The notes under the pieces are model-generated. The model had not been told where the DNA came from. It saw nothing but the letters and a program-made list of their open reading frames with translations, and ran no database searches. Position numbers and translations under genes: made by a program. Below are positions 1 to 8,924 of a stretch of 19,862 bases of DNA, piece by piece (position 1 is the stretch's first letter; each line of letters starts with the position of its first letter). The stretch is from Candidatus Krumholzibacteriota bacterium (GTDB lineage Bacteria > Krumholzibacteriota > Krumholzibacteriia > JAJRXK01), in NCBI GenBank assembly GCA_963806035.1, contig CAWDWO010000041.1:1-19862 (forward strand). The letters are read 5' to 3'.

Positions 1-171
1 AAAATCGAACATCTGAAGCGAAGGATGAATCGAACTACGGGACCGCGCGAATCATGCACACGGAGCGCTCTCACCGGCAGAGCTTAGGGAGACGGAGGTG
101 GAGCGGGCTTCGAGTTGCGGTGAGTCTTCGGTTGCGGCGGGCACGACAAGCAGGAGGCGGTCAATTCCTGG

Positions 172-369
172 ACCTTGGTTTTGAAGGTGTAAACTCTAAG
201 AAAGAGCTTGGTGACCACCCTGGAGGATGGCCGACAGGTGCGGGGTCGCCATCAGGCAATTTGGCTTGGCCAGGACAATCGTGGAGCGAAGGTCGCTAGC
301 GGAGTGTACTTCGTGAAGTTCAAGGCTGCTGGCCAGGAGTTCCGGCAGAAGGTCACATTGGTCCGGTAA
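172..369 (+). pseudogene. Remnant of a FlgD Ig-like / T9SS-type C-terminal sorting domain
   Basis: Frame +1, absent from the ORF track, reads TLVLKV*TLRKSLVTTLEDGRQVRGRHQAIWLGQDNRGAKVASGVYFVKFKAAGQEFRQKVTLVR*. This matches the FlgD_ig pattern (LxVYDxxGxLVxTL...WDGxDxxGxxVASGVYF...K.TL.R). TAA at 190-192 sits where Tyr is expected, and no N-terminal part is visible. Confidence 0.75.
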
Positions 370-379
370 GGAGAGGCCA

Positions 380-1574
380 ATGCAGAAGTTCGGACGCATC
401 GTTCTTATTGGCCCTTTCCCTGGCTCTCACGAGCTGGGGAGAGGGCCATGCGACCACCTGGGTGGTAGCCAAAGATGGAAGTGGCGACTACTCCGTGATC
501 CAGGACGCCCTCGACGTATGTGCCGCGGGGGATACGGTTCGTATTCGGCCAGGGCGGTATGATGATTTTAGGGTGCATACCTTTCAATTGGGAGGCACCG
601 GCGCGGGAATCATGATCCCTATGATAGCTCCACTCACAATAATAGGAGCCGATCGAGACAGTGTGTTCATTGGCCCCGAAGTAATGACGACGACTTACAG
701 CGGCTATGATACAGGGGGAATTGCTGCGGATGGAGTGACCGGAGAACGGATCGAAGTCATGGGACTGACGGTAGAGAACTTAGAGTGGCCGGTAACTCTG
801 CGCTCACCATTCACCTTTGTGCTTTGCAAGTTTGGTGCAGCACATCAGGCAGAAGTCGCATTGGACAACGCTCCGGATGTAATTATTCAGGATTGTCTCT
901 TCGAGGGTACAGATCCGGCCGGCTCGATGGATGGAATCAGGAGCTTTGTGGGTGGAAACAATCCGGGCTTCAAGCTTACGGATTGTACCTTTCGCACTCT
1001 TGGGCAGGCCACGTTGCTGACAGGCTCAAATGGATTCGAGTATAGCAATTTGACATTCGAAGGAGTTGGTGTGGCCTTGGGCTTTGAGTACGGATCGACG
1101 GGCACCGTCACCGATTGTCAAATAGGACAAAGTACAATCCCAGTGGCTCGAATCGTTGCCGATAGTGGCAGCCAGGTCATACTAGACCATATTACTGTGG
1201 CGCCCTCACCAGGCGCGATCTCCTTGGACGATGCCAGCACAAGTCTGACGGGTACGCACCTACATCTTGGTGGTGGGAGTTACTCTACGGTCTACGTGGC
1301 CACCGGGGCCTCCCTGACGCTCCATGACTGCGACATTCTGAACGCAGGGGGGTACTCGCTGTTTGCGCATGACCTCCTTGAGAGTGGTGGAAACGTTGAC
1401 GTTCGGCAGTGCTACTGGGGAACGACCGATTCCCTGCAGGTCGAACAGTGGATCGTCGACGGAAAGGACGACTCTGGATACAAGGATGCTCTCTTTTGGC
1501 CGATTCGAGAGACTCCTGTGCCCGTGAAGGCAGAGAGCGTGGGAGGCCTAAAGGCGCTCTTCCGGGCACACTAG
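380..1574 (+). CDS. Secreted right-handed parallel beta-helix (pectin-lyase-fold) protein; apparent +1 frameshift at ~407
   Basis: ORF 408..1574 has a 'TWVVAKDGSGDYSVIQDALD...GDTVRIRPGRY' start typical of pectin-lyase-like folds, beta-helix repeats and a 'YWGTTD' motif. RBS AAGGAG (368-373) precedes ATG 380. MQKFGRIVL joined to LALSLALTSWGEGHA forms a full signal peptide only if one base near 407 is removed. Confidence 0.75.
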
Positions 1575-1620
1575 GGGACAATCGACGCGCGCCATGGCGG
1601 CGGATTTGCGGCAGTGTGAT

Positions 1621-2964
1621 TCACAAATACCTCTTCAGCACCCTCGACACCGTCGTGCCCTGCACCAGAATCGAGAAGAGCACCACGACGTAGGTGCAGG
1701 TGAGCAGCAACTGCTTCTCGGGGATTTGTGGCAGGGAAAGCACGAGCGCCACCGAGATGCCGCCACGCAGGCCAGACCAGGTGAGAATTCGGATCACTCC
1801 GTCGGAGAAATCGGTCCAGCGGCGCATGAGGTTGATGGGCACCGCCACCGAGAGGAAGCGCGCCAGAAGCACCACGACGATGATGATCAGACCCGCCAAG
1901 GCTCCCCGCATCTGGAAGTCCACCACGATGACCTCCACCCCGATCAGCAGAAACAGCACCGCGTTGAGAATCTCATCCAAGAGCTCCCAGAACTTCTCCA
2001 GGTAATCGGCGACCGTATCGCTCATCGCATAGCTGCGCCCGCGGTTGCCGATCAAGAGTCCCGAGACTACCACCGCGATGGGTCCGGAAATGTGCAGACG
2101 CATCGCCAGCGCGTAGGAGGCCATCACCAGAGCAATGGTGATGAGGACCTCCACCTTGTAGTCGTCGATGGCCAGCATCATGCGGTAGGCCAGAAAGCCC
2201 GAGACGAAGCCGAGCGCGATCCCGCCGCCGGCCTCGCGCAGGAAGAGCCATGCAATGTCCAAAGGTCCCAAGGGCCCGCTGCCGGCGAGGTGCGAAGCGG
2301 CCACGTCCAAAGACTTGGCGACCGCATCGTGCGTCGCGGCGCCTCCCTGTGCCGCCGCGCCGAGCGCGCCCGGCGCGCCTCCCATCGAGGAGTGCAACAT
2401 CTCCAACAGTGCGGTGAACACCACCACCGCCACGCCATCGTTGAAGAGCGACTCGCCGGCGATCTTCGCTTCCAGTCGCGGGGGGGCGTGCAGAGTCTTC
2501 AGGGTGCCCATGACCGAAATGGGATCGGTCGGCGAGATGAGCGCCCCAAAGAGAAGACATACCAGCCAGGGCACGGCAAAGCCCAGCCAGCCGAAGATGA
2601 AGCGGCTCATCACCCCGATCAAGGCGGTGGAGATGAGAAGCCCCACTGTCGCCAGGAGCGCGATCGTCCAGCGCCGCTGCACGAAGTAGTCGAGGTCGGC
2701 GTGCAAGGCGCCGGCGAAGAGCAAAAAGCCGAGCATGCCGTGCATGAGGGCTTCGTTGAAATCGATGTTCTGGAAGTAGTCCCGGATGACGTCGATGAGT
2801 CCCAGACCGGGAAAACACAGGTGCACCAGCATGACGCCCAGCGAACTGCCCAGACTGATGAGGAGCAGGCCCACCGAGGGGGGCAGGCGCAGATAGCGCG
2901 TGTTCAAGTAGCCGAAAACCGCGGCCAGAAGTAGCAGGATGGCGACGATGTCGAAGAGGCTCAT
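1621..2964 (-). CDS. Na+/H+ antiporter, CPA1 (NhaP-like) family
   Basis: Many TM helices plus the motifs FGALISPTDPISV, IAGESLFNDG and LTWSGLRGGISVAL. Start placed at ATG 2964 (MSLFDIVAILLLL). Confidence 0.92.
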   Translation of the reverse strand: MSLFDIVAILLLLAAVFGYLNTRYLRLPPSVGLLLISLGSSLGVMLVHLCFPGLGLIDVIRDYFQNIDFNEALMHGMLGFLLFAGALHADLDYFVQRRWTIALLATVGLLISTALIGVMSRFIFGWLGFAVPWLVCLLFGALISPTDPISVMGTLKTLHAPPRLEAKIAGESLFNDGVAVVVFTALLEMLHSSMGGAPGALGAAAQGGAATHDAVAKSLDVAASHLAGSGPLGPLDIAWLFLREAGGGIALGFVSGFLAYRMMLAIDDYKVEVLITIALVMASYALAMRLHISGPIAVVVSGLLIGNRGRSYAMSDTVADYLEKFWELLDEILNAVLFLLIGVEVIVVDFQMRGALAGLIIIVVVLLARFLSVAVPINLMRRWTDFSDGVIRILTWSGLRGGISVALVLSLPQIPEKQLLLTCTYVVVLFSILVQGTTVSRVLKRYL

Positions 2965-2981
2965 GCGCTTCAGCTTAGCCA
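2965..2981 (-). promoter_or_regulatory. Putative -10 element for a leaderless antiporter transcript
   Basis: The minus strand reads TGGC-TAAGCT-gaagcgc-ATG, with the hexamer 7 nt before the start codon and no Shine-Dalgarno. Confidence 0.45.
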
Positions 2982-3288
2982 AGGGCCCACGATCTGTCTG
3001 CAAGGGAGTCGCCGGCCCGGGTCGCCGCGGATGCGTTCCGGGGATTGTAGCCGGCACAGAGCGCGCTCAGGCCTTGCGCATGCGCATCCGGGAACCTCCC
3101 GGCGGCACTTCGGGTTCCAAATGGACCTGGTGGCGATGCCGGGCTATGCTCAAGCCGAGCTCGCCGAACATGTGGCCGATTTTCCCAGACCACGCCGGAG
3201 AAGGGGGAACCCTGGTATGCCGATCCAATCCATTTCTTGCACGTCTTCAAGATCGCTGTTTTGCGGGAAGCCAAGAGTCCTTTCGAAT

Positions 3289-3900
3289 GTGAGAACGCAC
3301 TCGCTGCTCTCACTCGCGGTACTGGCTTTTCTGAGCCTTCCTCAAATCGCGCTGGGCATCACCGAAGAGAAGAGCGGCAAGAGCTATCCCGACGAGATCA
3401 CGGTCGAGTTCGCCCAAAAGCCGGTCGAGCTGATCGCCACTGGCACCGCATTACGCGAGAAGACCTTCATGAAGGTCGATGTGTACACCATCGTGTCCTA
3501 CGTGGAAAAGGGCACCGATCTGGGAAGCGATCCCGCCGCCGCCCTCATCATGGCCGAGGTGCCCAAACGCTTGCAGATGGATTTGCGTCGCGGGTTTTCG
3601 CGGGACAAGCTAATCGGCGCTTTCGAACACGACATCGAAAAGAACTACGGCGACAAGATGGATTCCTTCGCCGACGCGATGAAGACCTTCAAGGCCTACT
3701 GGACGCGGGACGCACAGGACAAGGACCTCATCATCTTCGACTACGATCCCGCAAGCGGACTTCACACTTCACTCAACGGCGAGGAGTTGGGTGTGATCAA
3801 GAATCCCGTCTTCGCACAGGCCCTGTGGAGCGTGTGGTTCGGCAAGGACCCCGCGTCCAAGGACATGAAGAAGCACCTGCTCTCGGCGATTCAGGAGTGA
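3289..3900 (+). CDS. Chalcone isomerase-like (Chalcone_3 type) exported protein
   Basis: GTG 3289 opens a signal peptide (MRTHSLLSLAVLAFLSLPQIALG). Motifs GTALREKTFMKVDVY and FAQALWSVWFGKDPASKDMKKHLL follow. Confidence 0.82.
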   Translation: MRTHSLLSLAVLAFLSLPQIALGITEEKSGKSYPDEITVEFAQKPVELIATGTALREKTFMKVDVYTIVSYVEKGTDLGSDPAAALIMAEVPKRLQMDLRRGFSRDKLIGAFEHDIEKNYGDKMDSFADAMKTFKAYWTRDAQDKDLIIFDYDPASGLHTSLNGEELGVIKNPVFAQALWSVWFGKDPASKDMKKHLLSAIQE

Positions 3901-6356
3901 TTCGAATCGCGTTTGATCACCACCAGGGTGATGTCGTCTGACTGCGGGATGTCTGCCACGTGCCGCTTGACCGCGTCGAGGATCGCGTGCTCGATCTCCT
4001 GCGCGTTCCGGCCGCGGTTGGCACGGATCACGTCGATGAGCCGCTCTTCCTCGAAGAGATTCACGCGGTCGTCCTGGACTTCCCCGGCCTCGCCCCCGCG
4101 CGCACCGTCCGCATTTTCTCCCCGCGCACTGTCCGCACCTTCTCCCAGCGCGCCGTCCGTCTCTCCTCCTCGCCTGCCCCCCGCAGCCGAGACCTTGCCC
4201 GTCGGGGGCGGAAGCTGCGGCAGGGGTCCCTGCGCCTCGGTGATGCCGTCGGTGTAGACCACCAGAACGTCGCCCTCGTTCATGCGCACGGTGCTTTCCT
4301 CGTAGTTGGTTTCATCCATGACTCCCAGGATGAGACCGCCGGTGGAAATGCGCTCGATGCTGCCGTCAGCGCGGCAGAGGATGGGAGGATCGTGGCCGGC
4401 ATTGCTGGAGGTGAAGGTGCCCTTCTCCGGGTCGAGTTCTCCATAGAAGAAGGTCGCGAACATGTTCGTGTCGGTCGAAGACACCAGGAGATGATTCACC
4501 AACGACACCGTTCTGGACACGCTGCCACCGTGCAAGATCTGACCTTTGAGGCTGGCTTGCAGATTCGACATCAAGAGCGCGGCCGGGATCCCCTTGCCCG
4601 AGACGTCCCCCACCGCGATTCCCAGTTTGGAATCGGGCAGACGGAGGAAGTCGTAATAGTCGCCGCCCACCTGACGACTGGGCTCTGAGATCCCAGCGAT
4701 CGAGAATCCCGGCAGCTGGGGCACCGCGAAGGGGAGGAGCCGTCTTTGGATTTCGCGAGCGGTCTCGAGTTCTCGCTGGAGTCTCTCGCGTTCGAGCAGC
4801 TCACGCTGTCCCTGCTTGACCGCCAGGGTCATCTCGTTGAACGACATCGCGAGGTCGCCGAACTCGTCCTCGTTGGGCACGCTGATGTGCGTATTGAGAT
4901 TGCCGCGCGCGAGTTCCTCGGTCCCCTTGTGCAGCGCTTTGACGGCCGAAGTGATTCCGGTGGAGATGCGAAGTCCGAAGAAGAGCGAAGCCAATTCCAC
5001 GAAGAGAAAGAGCGCGGCCAGAATGGCCAAGAGCAGGACCATACCCTGGCTGACCTCGTTGTTCCCCGAGACGAAATCCCGCGCGAGTTCGGCCAAACTC
5101 ACGCTGAAGGTGAGGAGCACGGAATCCTGCCTTGAGCTTGTCATCCTTGAGTTCGATGACCTGGAGTTGCGTGCCTCCGAAATAGAGAGGACGCTCGAAC
5201 ACGCTCTTCGAAGAATCCACGGCCGCGGGATAGTGACCGTCGACCACCCAGTCACCCGCGCCAACCTTGGTTTTTCCGAAGAAGGCGCCGGCCGTCTCGA
5301 GCTTCAGGGCCATACGCGCATTCGCATGCAAGAGAGCGGAGAGATGGTCCATCAATTCCTCTCTCACCGGCCAGCCCTGTAGCAGTGGGGTGCCGGCCTT
5401 TCCGACTCCCCGCAGGCGCAGCAACCACATCTCCTTGCCCAAGACGAAAAAAGCGGTCGTGTCGCTCGGGGCCCAGCTCGCGTGTCGGGCGGCTTGGCAA
5501 GGGCTTCGCGGAATTGCGTGGTCCAGAAGGGGGCCTTCTGTCCCGCGGCGGGCGGATCGGTGAAGCCGGGGCCGAAGAGCAAGGCACCGTTCTCGGGGTG
5601 TTGGTCGATGAGCCGCGCCCAGTCTTCCAGAATCGCTTCCCCGCGATCGGCGGAACGTCCGCCGAGCGCGCCATAACCCACGAGAAATCCCAGGGTGACG
5701 ACCAGCACTAGGGGCACGAAGGCGATCAAGAGGACCGCGATCGCGAGCTTCGGCTTGAGACGGAGAAAGTGCAGTCGCGCGCGAAATACGAGCTGCAGAA
5801 TGGTCATGATCCAGAACGCGGCCAACGAGAAGACGGCGTAGCGGGTGACTTCTTTTGCCAGAATGGCGAGCGCGCCCTGTGGCTCTCCGGTGGAGACGCC
5901 TGCGATCAAAATTGGCAGACAGAGAAAGGCCAGACCGAAGAGCTTCGCGCGCCGAATGGAACTGAGGTGCCGCAGCGGCCGGTAGCGCCGGAAGAGCAAA
6001 AATACGACGGAAGTGAAACCGGCCATCCCGATCGAGTGGGCCACCGCCAGTGTGAAGAGGCCGAAGGCGAGCCAAATGATCCACGCCAGACGCAGGCGCG
6101 TGTCCAAAAGCAGCATGCGCACCGTGGCCAGCCACCCCACCCCGGTGATGATGGCGAGGAGCCAGATCCCCATGATGGTCCCGTGGCCCAAGACCCAGTT
6201 GGAGAGCGCGGCCAAGAGCGAGGCGAGGGCCGCGACCAGGCAGAGTCGCCAAACCGGATCGTTGAGGCTCGACTCGGGGCGTGGGGCGCGATCCGGACCC
6301 GCGGCGATGAGGCTTGGAGGGGGATCCACTCGAGGATGCCGTGCTGTTGCGTTCAC
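3891..6356 (-). CDS. Membrane-bound HAMP + SpoIIE/RsbU PP2C phosphatase, interrupted by two apparent indels (~5481, ~5131)
   Basis: The multi-TM N-terminus is in ORF 5364..6356. The extracytoplasmic part is in the frame of ORF 4801..6444 (ASWAPSDTTAFF...KDDKLK). TM, HAMP (DEFGDLAMSFNEM) and PP2C motifs (VGGDYYDF, GDVSGKG, NAGHDPP, YTDGITEA, QSDDITLV) are in ORF 3891..5264. Confidence 0.88.
4096..4167. repeat. Three degenerate 24-bp tandem repeats inside the phosphatase gene
   Basis: Units are ccgcgcgcaccgtccgcattttct / ccccgcgcactgtccgcaccttct / cccagcgcgccgtccgtctctcct, encoding GETDGALG-EGADSARG-ENADGARG on the minus strand. Confidence 0.7.
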
Positions 6357-6549
6357 ACGGGGGGCCTTTGGGAATGCGAGCGGTCCTGCGTGAGGGACAT
6401 ACCGCTCGGGTTACTGCTTGCTTCCTCCGCCCCAAGAGTAGCAAATTTACCAGCTTAGGAAACTGATTCCTCTTTCTTTGGGGCCGTTGGGCGGAAGCAG
6501 CCCGCGTCCCCGGGGCTTTCGGGCGAGGGACAAAACTTCAGGGGGCAGC

Positions 6550-6575
6550 GAACTTCCCGGCCCGAGCGCGCGTCA
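6550..6575 (+). promoter_or_regulatory. Putative ECF sigma-dependent (autoregulatory) promoter
   Basis: GAACTT (6550-6555), N15, CGTCA (6571-6575). This is the AAC...CGT pattern of ECF promoters, about 70 nt upstream of the ECF gene. Confidence 0.6.
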
Positions 6576-6644
6576 TTCCTTATGTATCGGAAACGAGCGG
6601 CGCGATGAATCGCCGCAAGCCAAAACCGGCACGATAGGGTTCCC

Positions 6645-7220
6645 ATGGAGCTACCTGAGCTGCTGCGATATTGCCAAGATGGTGATGAGATGGCATGGGA
6701 AGCCCTCGTGCGACGCTATCAAGCGCGTGTCTGCGGCTTCGCCTACCACTTCGTGGGCAGCCGGGACGACGCGCGGGACCTGACGCAGGAGATCTTCGTG
6801 AAGATCTATCGGCATCTGGCAAGTTGTGAGGACCCCCAGCGCTTCGAGAGCTGGATGTTTCAGGTCACGCGCAACACCTGCCGGGATTTTCTGCGCCGGC
6901 AGAAAGCGCGCCCTCCCGCCCAGGACATTCCCATCGAAGAGATGCACGACTTGACCGCGCCGGGCTTGGCGGCCGACGAGGTGGCCCACCTGCAGACGCG
7001 CAAGCGCCTCGTGCATCGCGCGCTGGCCGAATTGGGCGAAATCAACCGGGAGATCCTGCTCCTGAAGGACATTCAAGGTCTGAGTTTCGAAGAGATCGCG
7101 GGCATGCTCGACCTTCCGGTCGGAACGGTGAAGTCGCGCAGCAGTCGCGCGCGGCTCGCTCTGGCAGGACAGATCCGGCGCATGGTCGCCGGACCCGAGG
7201 CGACAGGAGGTGCACGGTGA
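6645..7220 (+). CDS. RNA polymerase sigma-70 factor, ECF subfamily
   Basis: Region 2 (DARDLTQEIFVK, FESWMFQVTRNTCRDFLR) and region 4 (LSFEEIAGMLDLPVGTVKSRSSRAR) motifs. Confidence 0.95.
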   Translation: MELPELLRYCQDGDEMAWEALVRRYQARVCGFAYHFVGSRDDARDLTQEIFVKIYRHLASCEDPQRFESWMFQVTRNTCRDFLRRQKARPPAQDIPIEEMHDLTAPGLAADEVAHLQTRKRLVHRALAELGEINREILLLKDIQGLSFEEIAGMLDLPVGTVKSRSSRARLALAGQIRRMVAGPEATGGAR

Positions 7221-8105
7221 ATCGCTCCCACGATGACGAGCGTTTGACGGATGCCATCCTCGCCGCCACTTCCGGCAAGAGTTGCGCACGCTGTCACGAG
7301 AGACTCTTGGCCTTCGACGGCGGAGGGCTGCGCGCGGCCGAGCGCGAACTGGTGGAACTCCACCTGCAGCACTGCGAGGAATGCCGCGGCATGGCGGAAG
7401 CTCTGGCCTGGCTCAAGGATGTCTTTCCCGCGATGGCGGAAGAGGATCCCGGTGAGGCGTGCACGGCCGCCATCCTGGCGCGCACGAGCTTGGCTCCGCG
7501 CGGGATCGCCGCACGGTGGCGCTCCACCCGAGAGCGCCTGGGACTTCTGGTCTCGGCTCCGGTCAGCATTTTCGCCGCGGCGCGGGAGCGCTGGCAGGGA
7601 GCCCTGCGGCGCCCGCTCTTTCCTCTGGAAGCGGCCTATGTCGCAACTCTGATCGTGGTGTTGTCTGGCGGGAACTCCGATTTCCCCCTTCCACTCGGTG
7701 GCGAAGGAGAGTCTGCACTGGTTGAAGAGCGAGAGCCAGCCGACGGTGCTGGCCGGGGTGCCCCTGCCCCAGGACTTGCGCCCGCTTAGCGAAGAAACCC
7801 TGGACCGCACTCTCAGTCCGGCCCAACGGCAACTTCGCAAGGGCAAGAGCGGCCTTCTCCAGGCGCTTGCGACGCGCTCGGAGGCGTGGACGGGCGTGCA
7901 CGAACTGATGGATGGCGTGGGCGACCTCTTCTCCGCCGTCGCCGATCGCGAAAACGCGGCGGTCGCACCGGCGCTGCAGGACATCAACGGTGGATTCCAT
8001 CACATCTGGCGCGGACTGCGTCATCCTCGATCCCCAGAGGATCCAGCGGGTTTCGATGCGAACTCGAATCCCGAACTTCCAAGGCAAGGAGCGAACCATG
8101 AGTGA
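7217..8105 (+). CDS. zf-HC2 transmembrane anti-sigma factor; apparent +1 frameshift at ~7664
   Basis: GTGA overlap with the sigma stop codon and an HxxxCxxC motif (HLQHCEEC). Removing T7664 gives a continuous TM segment AAYVATLIVVLLAGTPISPF that joins ORF 7698..8105, whose stop overlaps the next gene. Confidence 0.8.
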
Positions 8106-8727
8106 GAGTCACGAGTACCAGAGCGGCTACGGCCCGGATCCCTCCTCCCCGGGTGCGCCGGAAGCACCTCGGCGCTCGGCGAATGCCCAGGGCCAGTGGC
8201 CTCCCGCGGGACCCCCGCCCGCCCCGGTTCCTGCGGTGGGGCTCAAGGCTCCCGGCTGGGCCGCGTTTCTATCGGCCATGATTCCGGGGCTGGGCAACAT
8301 CTACGTCGGCTATTACCAGCGCGGCTTCGTGCAGGCCCTGGTCTTCGCGGGAGTGATCGCGATGCTGGCGTCCAACGACTTCCACGAGCTCGAACCTTTC
8401 TTGGGGATCTTTCTGGGCTTTTGGTGGTTCTTCGGCATCATCGACTCCTACCGGCGCGCATCCCTGTACAATCAGTTCGTGCAGGGAAACCAGCTCCAGC
8501 AGGAACTCCCCAAGGATCTGGAGCTCCCCAGCCAGGGCAGCGTGGCCTGGGGTCTGGTGCTGGTCTTCTTGGGATTGGTTCTCTTCCTCCACACCCGCTT
8601 CGACTTCTCCCTGGAGTGGATGGAGGAATGGTGGCCGCTGCTCCTGGTCTACTTCGGCGGCTGGCTCATCTACAAGGCCCGGCGCGGCCGGGATCATGGC
8701 CAATCGGCGCGGCACGGGGAGGAATAG
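8098..8727 (+). CDS. Membrane protein with Pro-rich N-terminus, 'IPGLG' TM hairpin and LiaI/LiaF-like (DUF5668-like) TM region
   Basis: RBS AAGGAG before ATG 8098. Motifs KAPGWAAFLSAMIPGLGNIYVG and WGLVLVFLGLVLFL...WWPLLLVYFGGWLI. Confidence 0.75.
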   Translation: MSESHEYQSGYGPDPSSPGAPEAPRRSANAQGQWPPAGPPPAPVPAVGLKAPGWAAFLSAMIPGLGNIYVGYYQRGFVQALVFAGVIAMLASNDFHELEPFLGIFLGFWWFFGIIDSYRRASLYNQFVQGNQLQQELPKDLELPSQGSVAWGLVLVFLGLVLFLHTRFDFSLEWMEEWWPLLLVYFGGWLIYKARRGRDHGQSARHGEE

Positions 8728-8758
8728 GGCCCAGCCCGCGCAGAAATCGCAGTTGGAG

Positions 8759-8788
8759 AGCAAGGGGCCCGCGCGGCCCCTTGCTTTT
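8759..8788 (+). terminator. Intrinsic terminator closing the ECF operon
   Basis: Perfect 11-bp stem AGCAAGGGGCC / GGCCCCTTGCT with a 5-nt loop, followed by a short T run. Confidence 0.75.
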
Positions 8789-8796
8789 GCGGCCGG

Positions 8797-8825
8797 TGGA
8801 CTCCACCCTATGGGGGTGCTACCAT
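8797..8825 (+). promoter_or_regulatory. Putative sigma70 promoter for the beta-barrel/folB unit
   Basis: TGGACT-N17-TACCAT, with an extended -10 (TGc-TACCAT). Confidence 0.55.
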
Positions 8826-8924
8826 CCTATTTCTGCCCCGCCCAGCGCGGGCGTCGAGTGTGGATCTGCCGCTCGCCTCACCGAGGAGGAGCCCAACTCT
8901 GGCAGTCGTCCTGAAGGAGAAGCC

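Noticed and set aside
1594..2934. 446-aa plus-strand ORF
   Set aside because: It is the antisense shadow of the antiporter, with His/Arg/Gln-rich composition typical of high-GC reverse frames.
6480..6510. GGAAGCAGC resembling SRP RNA domain IV
   Set aside because: The CAGG...GGAA-GGAAGCAGC context and long flanking stem are missing.
7655..7675. Programmed frameshift or phase variation in the anti-sigma
   Set aside because: There is no slippery heptamer or homopolymer at the shift, and sequencing error is more parsimonious given the other indels.
8196..8924. Long N-terminal extension of the beta-barrel ORF
   Set aside because: It overlaps the membrane protein gene and crosses a terminator; the RBS and signal peptide point to GTG 8925.
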